From contig NC_083276.1 in assembly GCF_963506605.1 (NCBI RefSeq), positions 84,692,001-84,756,000 of the forward strand: a stretch of DNA of 64,000 bases, given 5' to 3'. This DNA comes from Zootoca vivipara (taxonomy: Eukaryota). Both the position numbers and the translations under genes were made by a program. The notes under the pieces are model-generated. The model saw nothing but the letters and a program-made list of their open reading frames with translations. It made no database searches and was not told the origin of the DNA. The stretch's first letter is position 1. The number at the start of each line of letters is the position of its first letter. Shown in pieces: positions 50,259 through 63,094 of the stretch.

Positions 50259-53200
50259 TCAGATGCGTGTCATGTCCTGCCCAGTGGGAGGTGGCTGTAT
50301 TGCTTCAAGCTGGCCTATGATGTCAGCAATGTATGGACGCTCCTGGGGATTCACCACCATCGTCGAGGAGAGGAGGCGTTCCAAAGCAGGCGAGTACCTG
50401 AAATTCAGAGGCACTTTGTACCTGGTCTGTCTTGGATCAAGGACAGACTTCCTTCCACACAGCCATTCCTTACCTGGTATTCTGGGGCACGGTGAGTTGG
50501 TTCTGCACCGCCAAGGCCACACTGTCCCCCTTTTGGAAGATCATGTCGTAAGGCCCTTCTCCGAACATCATACAGTACAGAACGCAGCCTAAGGACTAAG
50601 CAGAGGCAAGGGGAGAGTAGGAAGAAAGCAGGCTCTTGATTGGGAAGGCACCTCAAGGACAGAATCTCTCCCCCCCCCTTGCACAGGGACAAATTGGGGT
50701 ATTGCATCCTTTGACTTAGGTGACTAAAGAGGGTTTCCCCCCCCTAAACGGAAATGGAGGATCCTTACCCAGATGTCAGTACGTTCATCGATGACACATT
50801 CACGCTCCACAGTGAACAGCTCTGGTGCTCTGTATGAGATGGTGCAACGTTGGGCAGCCCAGTCCTGCAAAATAAATTAGAGGGAATAAATTTGCGTTGC
50901 TTTGGGCAATATAAAGCGACTCAACAAATTTAATAAATAATAAATAAGAGAACTTAATCTCAAATGCAGTGTGTGAGAGAGGGAGAGGGAAAGAGAAAGT
51001 AAACAGAAGGCCTTTGTCTCAACTTTTCCCTTCAGGAACATTCCTGCAATGCCTATAATTTAATGTAGTGACAGTAGCATTAAAGTGAATGATTGCAGCT
51101 TACCAGAGAAAAGAAGGAAACCTCAGGCTCTGCCTCCCCACAGGCCTCTCAATTCTACATATACTTTGAAGTGATGGTCATTATGATCTAATTATGAGGA
51201 AGATGATAACAACTTTCTAAACTAATGACCCATCACAGTTTATTTGCTAGTTTATTTGCCTCTTGTTGAAGCCCTAACTACGCTATGTGGGATGGAAGGG
51301 GGAATGCTGTTAATCTTTGGAGACACAACTTATGGTGACTTCCTCTGTGGAAATTTTCCACGTTACAGAAGCAAAGATTGCATAGTATCACATTGATCGT
51401 TTTGCATGGGCAAACGAGATCACCACTTGATAACATTCCCTTCCACTCCTCTGTTTAATTGCAGGTGTTGAGGGGACTGGTGCCTGCCTGAGCTCCTTTT
51501 ACAATTACCGTACTCTAATTTAGAGGGTTCTTCATCACCTTTGTTGGAAGCAGCTATTCTCCCATTTCCTTTTCACCAGGCTACCCTCCTACCTGAATAG
51601 TCATGGCCTCCCGCAAGCTTTGCACCTCAATGCGGGCCTGATTCATAGAGCCCAGGTCCATCAGCAGCGGTTGGTCCTCATCATCCAGGAGCACATTGGT
51701 AGGCTTCAGGTCTCTGAAAAAAAGATCATTGATTTGTCCAGCCACAGAACAATCAGAGCTTTGAAGTCGGCTTTGAACCTCTTACATCCCCAGGCTCTGG
51801 CTTCCCCTATTGCAAATACTGCTCCATGTCAAAATGTGGTCCTTTACCTTTGCAAACTCTTCTGTCGGTGCCGTCAATACTGATCTACAACTGAACACCT
51901 ACGTCACCCACTTCCTCCGTCCTCCCCACACATGGGCTCTGTTCCAATGGTGTGAATGCCCCATGCTTTCCAGACCCAACTTCTCACCTGTGTGCATAGC
52001 CCTTGTTATGAATGGCTTGCAGGCCCCGGCAGATGCCGTGAAGGATGGCCAGGATCCTCTCCTCTGGCATGAAGGCGTCTTTATCTCTCAGAGTTTCAAC
52101 TTCCTGCCAAAGGGTCCCTCTCTGCAAAGAGAAGCCCAGGCACGCTGGTGACGGGGATCACACATACTCTCCTCAAAAAATACCGGATGAGGAAGAGATC
52201 CTCTATTAGTGCATTTAATGTATTAGGCACAAACCCTCCATCTGCACAGGGTTGAAAGAAGTGATTTCCTAGAGGATGGCACCATCCCCACTCCAATATG
52301 ACTGAGAAGATGCAAAAAAAAAAAGCTTTGGGGGACAGCGGCTTTGGAGCCATCCTGATTGCCTAACCATTCCAAGAGGCACTTATTCCTGCTTGACTAT
52401 GGGTCACCATGCTTCCAGCTCTGAACTTGCCCTATCACTCTGCTGGGGTCTGCTGTTTTTAGGTGACTATTGTTGTGGAACTCTCTGCCAGGGCCAAAAT
52501 GCAAGCATAGCAGAAATGTGGGAGCACAGTTGAGCACAGCACAGTGGAATAAAATTTCAATAAAGACAACCTTTGCTCTCAGCTTACTGATCTGGGCTGA
52601 ATTTAGGAAAGGAATGGATGCCTGAGGTTCCAAGATGACTTCACAGGGATGCTGCCATGCCCATCCCATTAAGGGATGTGTAGAGAAAAACCAGATCAGA
52701 TCATAGCTGCCAAGTCTCCCGTATTCCCCGGGAAATTCCTGTTTTCCCAGCTGTTCCTAGCTGAAAAAACGGATGTTTTTGTTTTTCCCCGGTTTATTTT
52801 GGCGTGGCGGCCATTTTGGAACTGGGCGGAGCATGCTCAGAAGCGACTTTTGATGCTGCTCTGCCCAGTTCCAAAATGGCTGCAGTGCAACTTCTGGCGC
52901 GGTGGCCATTTTGGAACTGGGCAAAGCAGCATCAAAAGTCACTTCCGAGCATGCTCCACCCAGTTCCAAAATGGCGGCAGCGCTACTTCCGGTCTGCTAC
53001 TTTCGCCCGGTCCCTTATTTCTCCGACAGCAACTTGGCAGGTATGGATCAGATTATCTGATCCCCTGAATATTGTGGCAGCTGCCACCAAATCTCATGTG
53101 CTGCAATGCTACTAAATCCTTTCAAACTGAAGCAGCAAAGTCTGTAAAAACATACGGAGGCCCTTTACCACAGAGGACAGCTCTGGCATCTGGTCCAGTA

Positions 53201-55214
53201 GAAGTCAAGGAGAACAACATGCGCTCTGAGGCTCTGGCAGCCAAAAAGGAGATGAATCTCAGGGTTCAGCTTGTCCCTTATGCTGGCTAGTAGCAACATG
53301 AAACTACTGGGAGAGGTTATCCAAGGATTTGGGATTGGGTACCATCTATATGCTGATGACACCGTTTCCATTCTGTACCCTGGGAAACCTCTATTGGTTT
53401 ATTTTTTAAAACTTGTGATTGCAGGCCACCTGGGTGGAGTCCAAAGGGGAAGATGAAAACAGTTTTATAAATAAATGCTATGGGACCGATTGCAACTGGT
53501 GTAGAAGCAGGGGTTACATCAAGTTGCTCCATCCTGAAAATGGCCTCAGGTATCCATCCTTGGTGGGAACCAGCCGGCTGCTGGAAGAGACCAACCTCTG
53601 CAACTACGGTCCCAGTATACAACACCTCCCAGCCTTACACGATGTAGCCACAAATACTACATTTCCCAGCATGCACTGCTGTATCCACCTGCACCTTACA
53701 CCCACACTCACCTTGAGGAAAGGCAACAGGAGCCAGGCCTCGTGTTTGGATCCCTTCTCCACCATGGCATGTGCACACAGGGTCAGGATGTTGGGATGCT
53801 CAAAGAGAAGGTGCATCTCTACCTCATGCATGGCCTCCTGGCGATCATCCTTGTCATGGCATATGATGCGTTTCAGTGCATAGAAGCGCCCATCGTGCAG
53901 CCCCTCTACTAGGTCCACGTAGCTAAAACCTCTGTGTGGGGAGGAGGTATGTCAAGAACAGAGCAGGCAGCTTGGTAGGGAAAAGAAAGGATTCTTCTTC
54001 TCCTCTCCTGCTGTCTGTACGCACAGTCCTCTGCTCCTGACCACCTCTAAGCTCACAAAGTAGTGCCATTACATTTTTTCGCTTGAGGCTGTCATCACTT
54101 TGGTGTGATCTTAGCCTTTTGTGTGCACACAAGATCAAGGGTGACAACAGCACAAATGAGAGAGGGCATGGGGAAGGGGGAAGCTGAGGATTCCTTTGTC
54201 ACTGGTATGAAGGAAACTTGGAATAGGAGATTTTTTAAAAGAGGAAATTATGCATCCTTCTTCCTCTCCAATGATCAACTGAGGATAAGGCATTACTTTC
54301 ATGCTGTGGCACAGGAAAGTATTTGTGCTCCTCTCTATCCATCATCACAGCTGGCAAACAGTGCAAAGATACACAGCAATTTACCAGGCTTATCAATAAC
54401 AATGCGGGTTTCAACCATACACTGAAAGTGTCCCTAACCCATTGGGAATGAAGGTTGGAGGATAGATCACCCTATATCCTGATGCTTCCTGTAGTTTCAT
54501 CTGAAAAATCAGACATTTACAGTCATCAGAAAAAAACAGCAACAACACCACTGAGCTGGTCTGACGGTCTAGCAGTTCAGTGTGTTTTATTTATCTAAAG
54601 GATGACATAGAGGAGGGAGGTTGTCTGTTTACCAAGACTACTGAGGGAAGACCAACAGGTTCAAATTGCAGCAAGGAAGACTTTGGTTACATATCAGGAA
54701 TAAACTTTCCAACTGTAATGAATGAGTAAGCAACGGAACAAGTTGTTCAGAGTAGTTGTAGCCGTCTGCAGAAATATTTGCAGCTTAATCCTAAGCACAT
54801 TTACTTAGAAGTAAGTTCAAAGGAGCTTACACCAAAGCATGAATAAAATATTTGAGGGGTGATTTGTACAGGGTGAATATTGCCTCTGCAGTGGATTTGG
54901 TAGGTGGGGTGGGGAAGATGTGTCCTCCAGTCACAACCAATATGGACAATGGTCAAAGATGATGGAAGCTGAAATCTAACAGCATCTCGAGTGCCACAGA
55001 ATCCCCACCACTGGACTACACGGACCCTAGATGATGCACCTTCCAGCTTTATCTATTGCTAACAATGACAGTGCTCAAAGTGTAAATGAGATGTGTGGAA
55101 ACTTAGTCCTCAGTTGTCATATACTCACCCCTCCCCAAGTCTATGGATCAAAAGGTAACGTTTGTTATTGATGGTGATGGTTCCCCTTGAGCAGATACAT
55201 AGGGCTTGGCCCAT
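50259..55214 (-). CDS. STK16: Serine/threonine-protein kinase 16 (305 aa)
   Basis: Exons 55214-55129, 53931-53712, 52121-51988, 51713-51593, 50864-50769, 50595-50474, 50397-50259 total 918 nt, all GT-AG. MGQALCICSRG (myristoyl Gly2, Cys6/Cys8), GEGGFSYV, YALKRI, HRDLKPTN, MDLGSM, CTISYRAPELF, DIWSLGC. Confidence 0.97.
52702..53045. mobile_element. hAT MITE with internal inverted repeats
   Basis: TIR CATAGCTGCCAAGT/ACTTGGCAGGTATG; perfect 8-bp TSD GATCAGAT; four alternating CCATTTTGGAACTGGG units. Confidence 0.88.
53271..53600 (+). mobile_element. L2-type LINE reverse transcriptase fragment
   Basis: MKLLGEVIQGFGIGYHLYADDT contains the RT YADD motif; short and decayed. Confidence 0.7.
54595..54765 (+). 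mobile_element. CR1 LINE 3' fragment
   Basis: TTCAAATTGCAGCAAGGAAGACTTTGGTTACATATCAGGAATAAAC...CAACGGAACAAGTTG resembles the CR1 ORF2 end. Confidence 0.55.
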
Positions 55215-57229
55215 GATGGTTGCTCCAACATCCTCCAGGTCCTAGAGAGGGAAAGAAAGCAATATTTATTCATTTATAATATTTTGTCTCCTGCCTTTTC
55301 ATACATGATGCTCAAGATGGCTAACAGCATTAACAATTTGAATCCAACAAAATATTTGCGTTTGTGCAAGGACTTCTGCTTGTGCATTAGAACTCCCCCT
55401 CCTCTTCCCATGCTCCACCTCACAATCTGCTCCTGAGGAGGGGGGGGAACCATGTGCGGGGGGTGCAGAAGCAGGGCAAGTTCCATTGCACAAGCTGAAT
55501 GCAAGAATGGGACTGCTTCATTGGATACAACTCATAATATAACAAATACAGTGGAAACTCCAATGAATAAACATGAAAGGAATTAAAGCCAGCAGCCAGC
55601 TGAAAGCTAAAAACTTGCACTGTATGAAAGTGCAGAAGGGTAAAAACTCAAAAATGCATTCATCTGAAGGCCTGCCAAAAATTAAAATAAAATAAAATGG
55701 GTCAGTCAGTGACAGTGCATCAGAGACAAGTCTAGATGGGTCTAAGGATGGAACTCCAGAGACTGAGTGCATGATGCATCCACTGAGAAGGCCCTGTCCC
55801 ACAATAAATGCACCTCAAATATTGCTGGAATGTGGAAAAGCCTTTCTCACAAAGATCTTAATACATCAGCACTTTCATAGTGGAACAGACAATTCTTCAA
55901 CCTGACTTCTAGAGTTAAAAGGGAGTACAAGACAATCTAAGACCTTTCTCTTGCCTAAAGATAGGAGTGTTCACTTACCCGTCTCCTGTTCCCTAATCAA
56001 CATGTGCAATTTAAAGGCAGCATCCACAAAACTGGCACCAAGAAAGCAAATGATCCTAGGTGCCTCAAGCAAACAGGTGCTGGGGGGAAACAAATTCTCC
56101 ACCCTGTCATCAGTGAATCTGCTGGCAGATTGAAGAAGAGTATATCTAGTTAATTTCCCACTTCAAATGTGATGATCAGTCACAACTCAAGATTGAGAAA
56201 AATATATTCACTGGATCTTCCAAAAGCAAACTGCTTGTTTATGTGGAAATGAGATTACAACTTCATTCATTCAGGATTCTGTGTCTAGTTACAGCAGTCT
56301 CTCCCCTCTCCATCGCCAGAGAAAGGGAAAATCAAATTTTTCATCTGAGCAGGAAAATAATAAGATCCCTCCACCATACCATGCAGCAACATGCCTATGA
56401 TGGCCCATAACTGGTATCACTTTAGGCACAAGTAAGTCCTACTGAATCCAATGTGGCTTAGTCCAACGTAAATGGAGTTAGGATTGCAGTCTAAATCGTG
56501 ACACCAGCTGAATTATATACAGAGAACTCCACTCAGGCAAGGAGAAGTGAAAATGTTTCAGTGAATGGCTACTAGTTTATACAGTTTATAAAGTGCAAGT
56601 AATAAATGAAAATGAAACATTCTGGAAGCACCCTTGGCAAACTCCCTACAACACAGTACATGCCTTTGTAAATTAAATAGTTTCTAACACTGGTTGGTAT
56701 CTGGAGTCCGAGGAGACCTAGTTTTTCCTCTCTCTCCAGGTGACAGCTGGCAACGACAGCTCACTTTACAAACACATGACACCAGCTTCCTACTCAAGTG
56801 ACCTCCAATTGAATCATTCCGATTTGAACGAGAGGCTGCATTCTGGAGTAGGTGGAGGAGGGGCAGAAACAGCAGAAATCAGCTTCCCCACCACCCAGGA
56901 GAAAACCTGGGATGAAGGGTTTGTCATCAACATCTCCCTCCCTCCGCAGTGCGGTGCCTAAGGTGACTCCGCTGCGAAGCGAGGAGGGGAGTGGGGATAC
57001 ACTCTGCACATGGCTAGAGGCACGTTCGCTTTCGTTGTTATGTCATTTTGTTCCAATGCTGAGCTCGGACATTCGGACTAGGTTCCCGGAGTTGAGCCCG
57101 GGCTCAAAATGAGGGAGAAGGGAGCTGAAGCACTGCCGCGAAGCTCTCTTTCTCGCCCCAGCAGCCTGGAGCCAGGAATAGTGGAAGCCCACGACCCTGT
57201 CCCTTTTCCCAAGGCCCCGCCTACCTGCG

Positions 57230-57480
57230 GAGATGGGGCGGGGCGGGGGCGGAGAGGAGTGGGCTAAGGACTCACCCGTCTCTGTCCAGCGCACGGACGC
57301 TTCCGAGGGAGCTTCAGCGCGACAGAAGCCGTGCACTCCGCCTCTCGACGTCATTATTTCGCGCCATCCGCACTGCCGCCCGCAGAAGATAGCCTAGCAA
57401 CCGTTCAAGGGGGCGGAGCAGGAGCTGCGGGAGCGGGAGAGCAGGCAGCGTGGAAGGGAGGAAACTGAACAGGAAATGGG
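57230..57480. promoter_or_regulatory. CpG-rich STK16 promoter and non-coding exon 1 (donor after 57276), probably bidirectional with GLB1L
   Basis: Minus-strand donor GG/GTGAGT at 57276/57275; CRE-like CGACGTCA 57346-57353, E2F TTTCGCGC 57357-57364, X-box half CCTAGCAAC ~57393-57401, GC boxes, ETS-like CAGGAAAT. Confidence 0.7.
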
Positions 57481-59653
57481 GGGAGGGGGAGGGGGTAGGA
57501 AAAAAAAGTGTTACAGAAGCAGAATGTCCCAGTTTAGGGGACAGAGTGTTGTGGTTGTACGTGGTTAGTGGATTCTGGTTAGTGGAGTAAATGTGTTGAA
57601 TTCAGTGAGACTTATTCCCAAATAAATGCACACCGTCATAAACACTGGTTTACCTCACAGGGTTGTTGTGAAGATTTTTTATTCCTTTTTTCATAAAATT
57701 TGCACACCTCTTGTTTCTTTAACCCCTCCCCTTCTGAGCACCCCTTCTGAATCCTATGTAAGGCTTCAACATTTTATTTTTGTTACGTTTTTAACCTAGT
57801 ACTCTTCTCACGAAAGCATATATGCTCCCCCCCTTTATCCTCAACAAGCCTGTGAGGTAGGGTAGGCCGGTGGTGGCTAGCCCAAGATTGTTCAGCTAAC
57901 TTGGTGTTTGAGTAGTGTATAAGGGAGTCACTGGAGCACCCCACAATTGCCTAACTTTTGGCTCCCATAGGTTCAGGTTGGGGGTCACAAGCAAGAGACT
58001 TCAGTCAGGAGATCGAAGGAAATTAGCGGCCAATAGCCCTGATCTTAATTGTTGCAACAAGACTACCACATGGAAGAAGCAGAGAGAAGCCCCAAACAAA
58101 GGATGGCTCCCCGTTTTTATAAGTTTCCCAAATTACCCATAACACCCTTAGTAAAACATCATACATTTGTCATAACTATGTCATAGATTGGGAGGGATCT
58201 TCTGGCAGAAACCTATCCCTCACATGACCTCCACTTTCCAATCTTTAGGCGAAACAAAGGTAAGTATTTACATTTTCCTGTTTTCCCAGCCCTTTGTCTT
58301 GACCAAGACCCCGATCCACTAAGGTTGGGTTTGGGATTGTTCTTAGAATGACTATCCTTTCTGGTACTCTGGTGCCAGGATGCCAGAGATGATCACCCAG
58401 GCAGTGGGACACACTGAGTAGTGGGTCTCAGCCTTCAGGGATTATGGTTGCCCCTACGCATGTCCCAAGCTCCTCCCCTGCTAGCCATTTTCCTTCTGAG
58501 TAGAACAATGTTGGAATGGTGTAAATCCGCCACTGCAGTGATTTTATATGAATTTCTAAAGTTTTTCGATTGACCCAGTACATACGGTAGATACATTTAT
58601 CAGTGAATTGCTGCATTTCGTAGCAGAGGTACTTTGTCTTTGTCTTGTACCGTAGTATGGAGAGGCAAGGCTTGTGGTGGTGGTGGGAAAGATCTCTCAC
58701 CCCCCCCCCTTCCATTTCCTGGTAACAGTTTGGATTTGAATGCATATTTTGTCCCACCAAGTTCACTACACCAGCCACCCACAAGACATGAAGGATAATT
58801 AATTTTACTACCACTAAGGATGATGATGATAATCATGATAAAAATAATTTAATTTCCTCGGTTTTCAAATATGAATATGAGAAGGGCGGCACTCCATATA
58901 ATGTCCAAGTACTCCCTCTGGCTTAGAAGAAAACTAAGGTGGTATTTCTGGAACCTGATGTGTTTCTCATAACTTGTACCAGTCTGTGACTCTTGATGAG
59001 ACCCATATTCCTAGAACATCCTATCCCTTTGTGAGGTGGCACAGAACATGATGACAACAAAGGTGATATAGCTCTAGTGTGGCAAATATATGCATCATCC
59101 TGCGGGTATACAAATGACTCCTGCTGCTGACTAGACATAGTAATGCAAAGGCCCAGTAAGTAAAAGGCTCTTTAGATGACAGGTGAGTTGTTGTTAGTTT
59201 TGTTTAAAAGACATATTAAAATGTCATACAACAAGAAGGAAAAACAAATCTATAATATTAATCATATAAAATGTACCACAGTTGTTCATAGAGTAGTGTA
59301 ACAAACAGGTAATACTATTTTTATTTTTCAGTAGACTATATCCAAAATGATACTAAATCATAGACGACACTTACTCTTGTATGTTTTCTCCACAAACATG
59401 CCACAAACCCAAAATTAGCCAGTCAAGTGATAAAGAGTCAAACCCTTTGACAGCATCCTTAACTGCATTGTCTGCTGCCTGAATATGTGATGTGTTGGAT
59501 AGAAAAGAAAAGCATTCAGTTAGTAGACAAGGTTTTGTTTGTGCCTATGTCTGGGGCTGGGAAAGAATCCCCTTCACCCCAGTCAGGTTGGTAAGGACCC
59601 TAGGAGATTTGGGATTTCCCTTGTAGTGTGTAGCTCAACCTATTTGTGTAAGT

Positions 59654-60582
59654 CAGGGGTCTGCAACCTTTAAGACAAAAAGAGCCACTTGGACCCGTTT
59701 CCGAAGAAAAAAAATAATCTGGGAGCTGCAAAACAGGGACGTAATTAGAAATCAGAGGGCCCCATAGCAAAATTTGCTATGCCCAATAATCAATGCCCCA
59801 AAATGCCATAGAAAATTAATCAGGGCCCCAGTGTACCATAAATCATAATCAGTGCCTGATGTAAATAATAATTAATAATGAGGGCCCAATGTCATCCTCG
59901 TCATTATAAAAATAACTTTGAGTTTGGGCTGCCTTGATTACTGGGAATGGGCACCAGCAACCACTGCCTTATGAGTTTGGGCTGCCTTGATTACTGGGAA
60001 TGGGCAAAACTCTGACTCCCTTATTAGGACACCTGTATGGTTTCATGTGTGTTGCTCCCATCAAGTGAACTTATAAAATTTCCTCATATTGAATCAACCC
60101 ATTGATTAATACATCTACCTCAATCTCCTGACCAGGCCGGCAGGAGGCCACAGGCAGGCCGCAGGCAAACACGCGCTCCGAGCCCGCAAGCCTTTTCTGC
60201 TGCTGGGCGGGAAGAAGCGCGCCCGTTTAAAAAAATAAATAACTCCGCCCCCGCCCCGTGAGCCTATTGGCTGCAGAAATGCGGCGGGGAGGGGTTGATG
60301 CAGGGAGGGGGCCGACCTCGCTCCCCGGGCTGCTAACGTCACCTTGCGTCCTTTTTGCACAGTGCACGCGCACAGCGGAGTTGTGGACTCCGGCGGGCGC
60401 CGTGCTGTGTGCTCCGGCGGCGGTGGGCACCGCGCGAGTGCCTGGCGGGTGTGGCGGGCGCCGCCGCATGGCTCAGGCGGCGCATGGCTCAGACGCCTCC
60501 TCCCCTCGTATCCGCTCCGGAGCCGCAGCAAAGGTGTAAAAGAGCCACATGCGGCTCCGTAGCCACAGGTTGCAGACCCCTG
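59654..60582. mobile_element. Young non-autonomous hAT (Charlie-like) transposon, 929 bp
   Basis: Perfect 16-bp TIR CAGGGGTCTGCAACCT and perfect 8-bp TSD GTGTAAGT; internal 35-bp duplication and CpG-rich 3' half. Confidence 0.92.
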
Positions 60583-61104
60583 GTGTAAGTCTTTTCAAAT
60601 TATTAGCCCTGCATGCACCTTTCTGCAGTGCACTTGCTCCCTTTTTCTTGGCAAATTATAGTCTGGAACTGTGAGGGGTTGGTGGATGAATAGTTCTACA
60701 AGGTGCAAGGTGCAGACTGGCAGGCTTTTCAGTCCTCTTGACCTCTATAATGTTATCATCGGTTACTTGAGTTTCTCTTAGGATTCTGTTTTGGGGAGTT
60801 CACTGACAGGGCCAGCTTCGCCCACAGAATCTCCCTGGTTTAGTTCCTTGTGGCTCCACTTAAATGGATTTCAAGAAGCAGGGCTGAGAAAGACTACTGT
60901 CTTTCCAAGACTATAAAGATGCTATAGAGTAAACAATATCTGGGCTGGATGACCAGTGGTCTGACTTTGTATTATAAGATACTATGTGGCTGAGCATCTC
61001 ATTCCTTTAGAAAGGATCAATTTATGCCAGTGGGGTGCACAGAGCAAGGAAGAGAGGCCTCTAACATTCACTGTTGTTAGGAAAAATGCAACCTGTTTTA
61101 GTAT

Positions 61105-61616
61105 TGTTATGAGTTTGGAAGTGGGAAGGCTGTATGTATGACTGAGCCCCTCTTAATTCCTAGATCCAGTGTGGATTCAATTGTTGGAATAGCCAGGCCA
61201 GCCTGGTAATGGCCTGTTAAGTATAAGTCCTTGAAGGGAGCAAAGGGGTGGCTCAGTGCCAGAGGGCAAATGGGTGGGCCTTCCCTGGCTGGAAAGACAA
61301 AAGGACAGAGTTGAGAGTTGAGATATGTAAACTTGAAGCTGGCACCAAAAACAGTGGGTTGCAAAGCCAGAGAGAGAGAGCACACCTGGCCTGATTTCTG
61401 CTAGAATCCAAGGCTGTGGCTATGAGACAAGCAAGGCCTTCTGGGGGTGTTAATGCTGTGAACCCTTCCATTGTAGGCTCAGGTTGTATATATGTGTAAA
61501 TAAGCCATATATCCTAAAGACACTGCAGTCTTCACTGTGCCTCAATCCCCTGGGTAAATGAACCTCTAGAACCCCTGGAATCTTGCACCGCTCAGAAACT
61601 GGGGTGGCATGCAACA
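61105..61616 (+). mobile_element. Solo LTR
   Basis: TGTT...AACA termini, 4-bp TSD GTAT, homologous to 20249-20780. Confidence 0.8.
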
Positions 61617-62040
61617 GTATTAAATGTGGGAGCAGGAAGGCACCAAGGAAGCAATGATTATAACAAACAAACCAAAAAGTAAACGAGACTAATGGAGAAC
61701 CATCTTGTACCTTCTCTCAGAAAGAAAAAATAAGCACTGATTAATGACAGTAGTGGATTAAATGTCAAAGTGCAATTTATTTGAACAGCTGGAAGTTAAA
61801 ACTGGACACATCCATATTAGAAGACAGATCCCAGGATTTAGCAGATTGTGCAGATTAATCATTGCAACAAGCTGCTGGTGGGAGGGAAGAATGTAAAATT
61901 TCCATTACTCATAGCCTTCAGACCAAATAGATTATTTGGTTATTTGTAATGTAATAGCCCCCCAGTATTACCATAGATTAGAGCATTCCTTAAAATATCT
62001 GAGGGAGGTCAGACTAGATGTTCTCACTGATTATTCTGCT

Positions 62041-62148
62041 AAATAAAAAAAATCCTTCATTAGCACCTAAAAGACCAACTAAGTTTTTATTTTGGTATGA
62101 GCTTTCGTGTGCATGCACACTTCTTCAGATACACTTGAAACAGAAGAG

Positions 62149-62187
<39 letters not shown>

Positions 62188-62227
62188 TTATTATGCTTCG
62201 ACTCAGACCAACACGGCTACCTACCTG
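62041..62227. mobile_element. Penelope-like element fragment (inverted pLTR arrangement) containing (TTA)n
   Basis: 13-bp TSD TGATTATTCTGCT; shares TAGCACC...GACCAACTAAGTT...GGTATGAGCTTT and, inverted, CAGACCAACACGGCTACCTACCTG with 24561-24681. Confidence 0.7.
62095..62132 (-). ncRNA. Minimal type I hammerhead ribozyme motif
   Basis: Minus strand reads GUAU-CUGAAGA-A-GUGUG(CAUG)CACAC-GAAA-GC-UC-AUAC: stem I GUAU/AUAC, CUGANGA and GAAA cores, palindromic AGCU stem III, UC cleavage site. Confidence 0.7.
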
Positions 62228-63040
62228 TGATTATTCTGCTGTTGCAGACTAGATAGGCATACCTTTGGCTAATCACTGCATTTGGTGTAGCTCATTTGGA
62301 TAATTAATTTAACTTACAAAAAATATCCACATTTTGTGTATATGTCTAAGGGAGAATTAAAGTTCCCTGAGGCTGCATACATACCACACATTAAAAGCAT
62401 CAGACTTTCCCCAAAGAATTATGGGAACTGTAGTTTGTCCCTTGTGTAGCTACAATTCCCAGCAACCTTAACAAACTATAGTTCCCAAGATTCTTTGGGG
62501 AAAGTAACATACAGTACTTTCAATGCATGGTGTGTACAGAGCCATAGAAACCTGAATCCTTTGTGCTATTACCAAAACAAGAAGATTAATGCTTTTGATC
62601 CAGTGGTAGACAGCTGTGCAGTGCAGTACCAACTCTGCTGTCTCTCTACTTCTATCCACTACTGTATATAACTTTGAGCAGCACAAACTACCGTTTCTGA
62701 TGATTTGAAAAAGTTTATGTTTCTCATACTTCTGTAAATTTGAGTATGGGAAACCAACTCTGTTCCAGTTCCTCTGTGCTGCTTCATAATTCTCTCCCCT
62801 GGATTTGCAGGGAGTTTTGTGCTTCATAATTTCCTCCTCTAGTTTATAGTCACTGACTTTGTATATAGTTGCTGGGACATTGCCTCCTCTTTTCCACCTC
62901 TCTCTTCAAATAAGGCCTGTCTTTACTTACTTCCCTCCTCACAGGGACCATCTGGAGGAAGCACCAGGCCTGCCCACTAGCTTGTCATGTGACGACTCCT
63001 TGTGACTCTCTTGTCCCGGGCTGAAGTTGTAACCAAAGAG

Positions 63041-63094
63041 ATGGAGCTGCAGCTGTGTGTTTTGATGGTGGTGTTGGGAGGCCTGCAACTCCAG
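63041..63094 (+). CDS. GLB1L: Probable first coding (signal peptide) exon of beta-galactosidase-1-like protein; gene continues beyond the window
   Basis: Acceptor CCTCACAG at 62944, Kozak GAGATGG, hydrophobic MELQLCVLMVVLGGLQLQ, strong phase-0 donor CAG/GTAAGC; head-to-head with STK16 as in mammals. No catalytic-domain sequence is in the window, so the identity rests on synteny. Confidence 0.55.
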
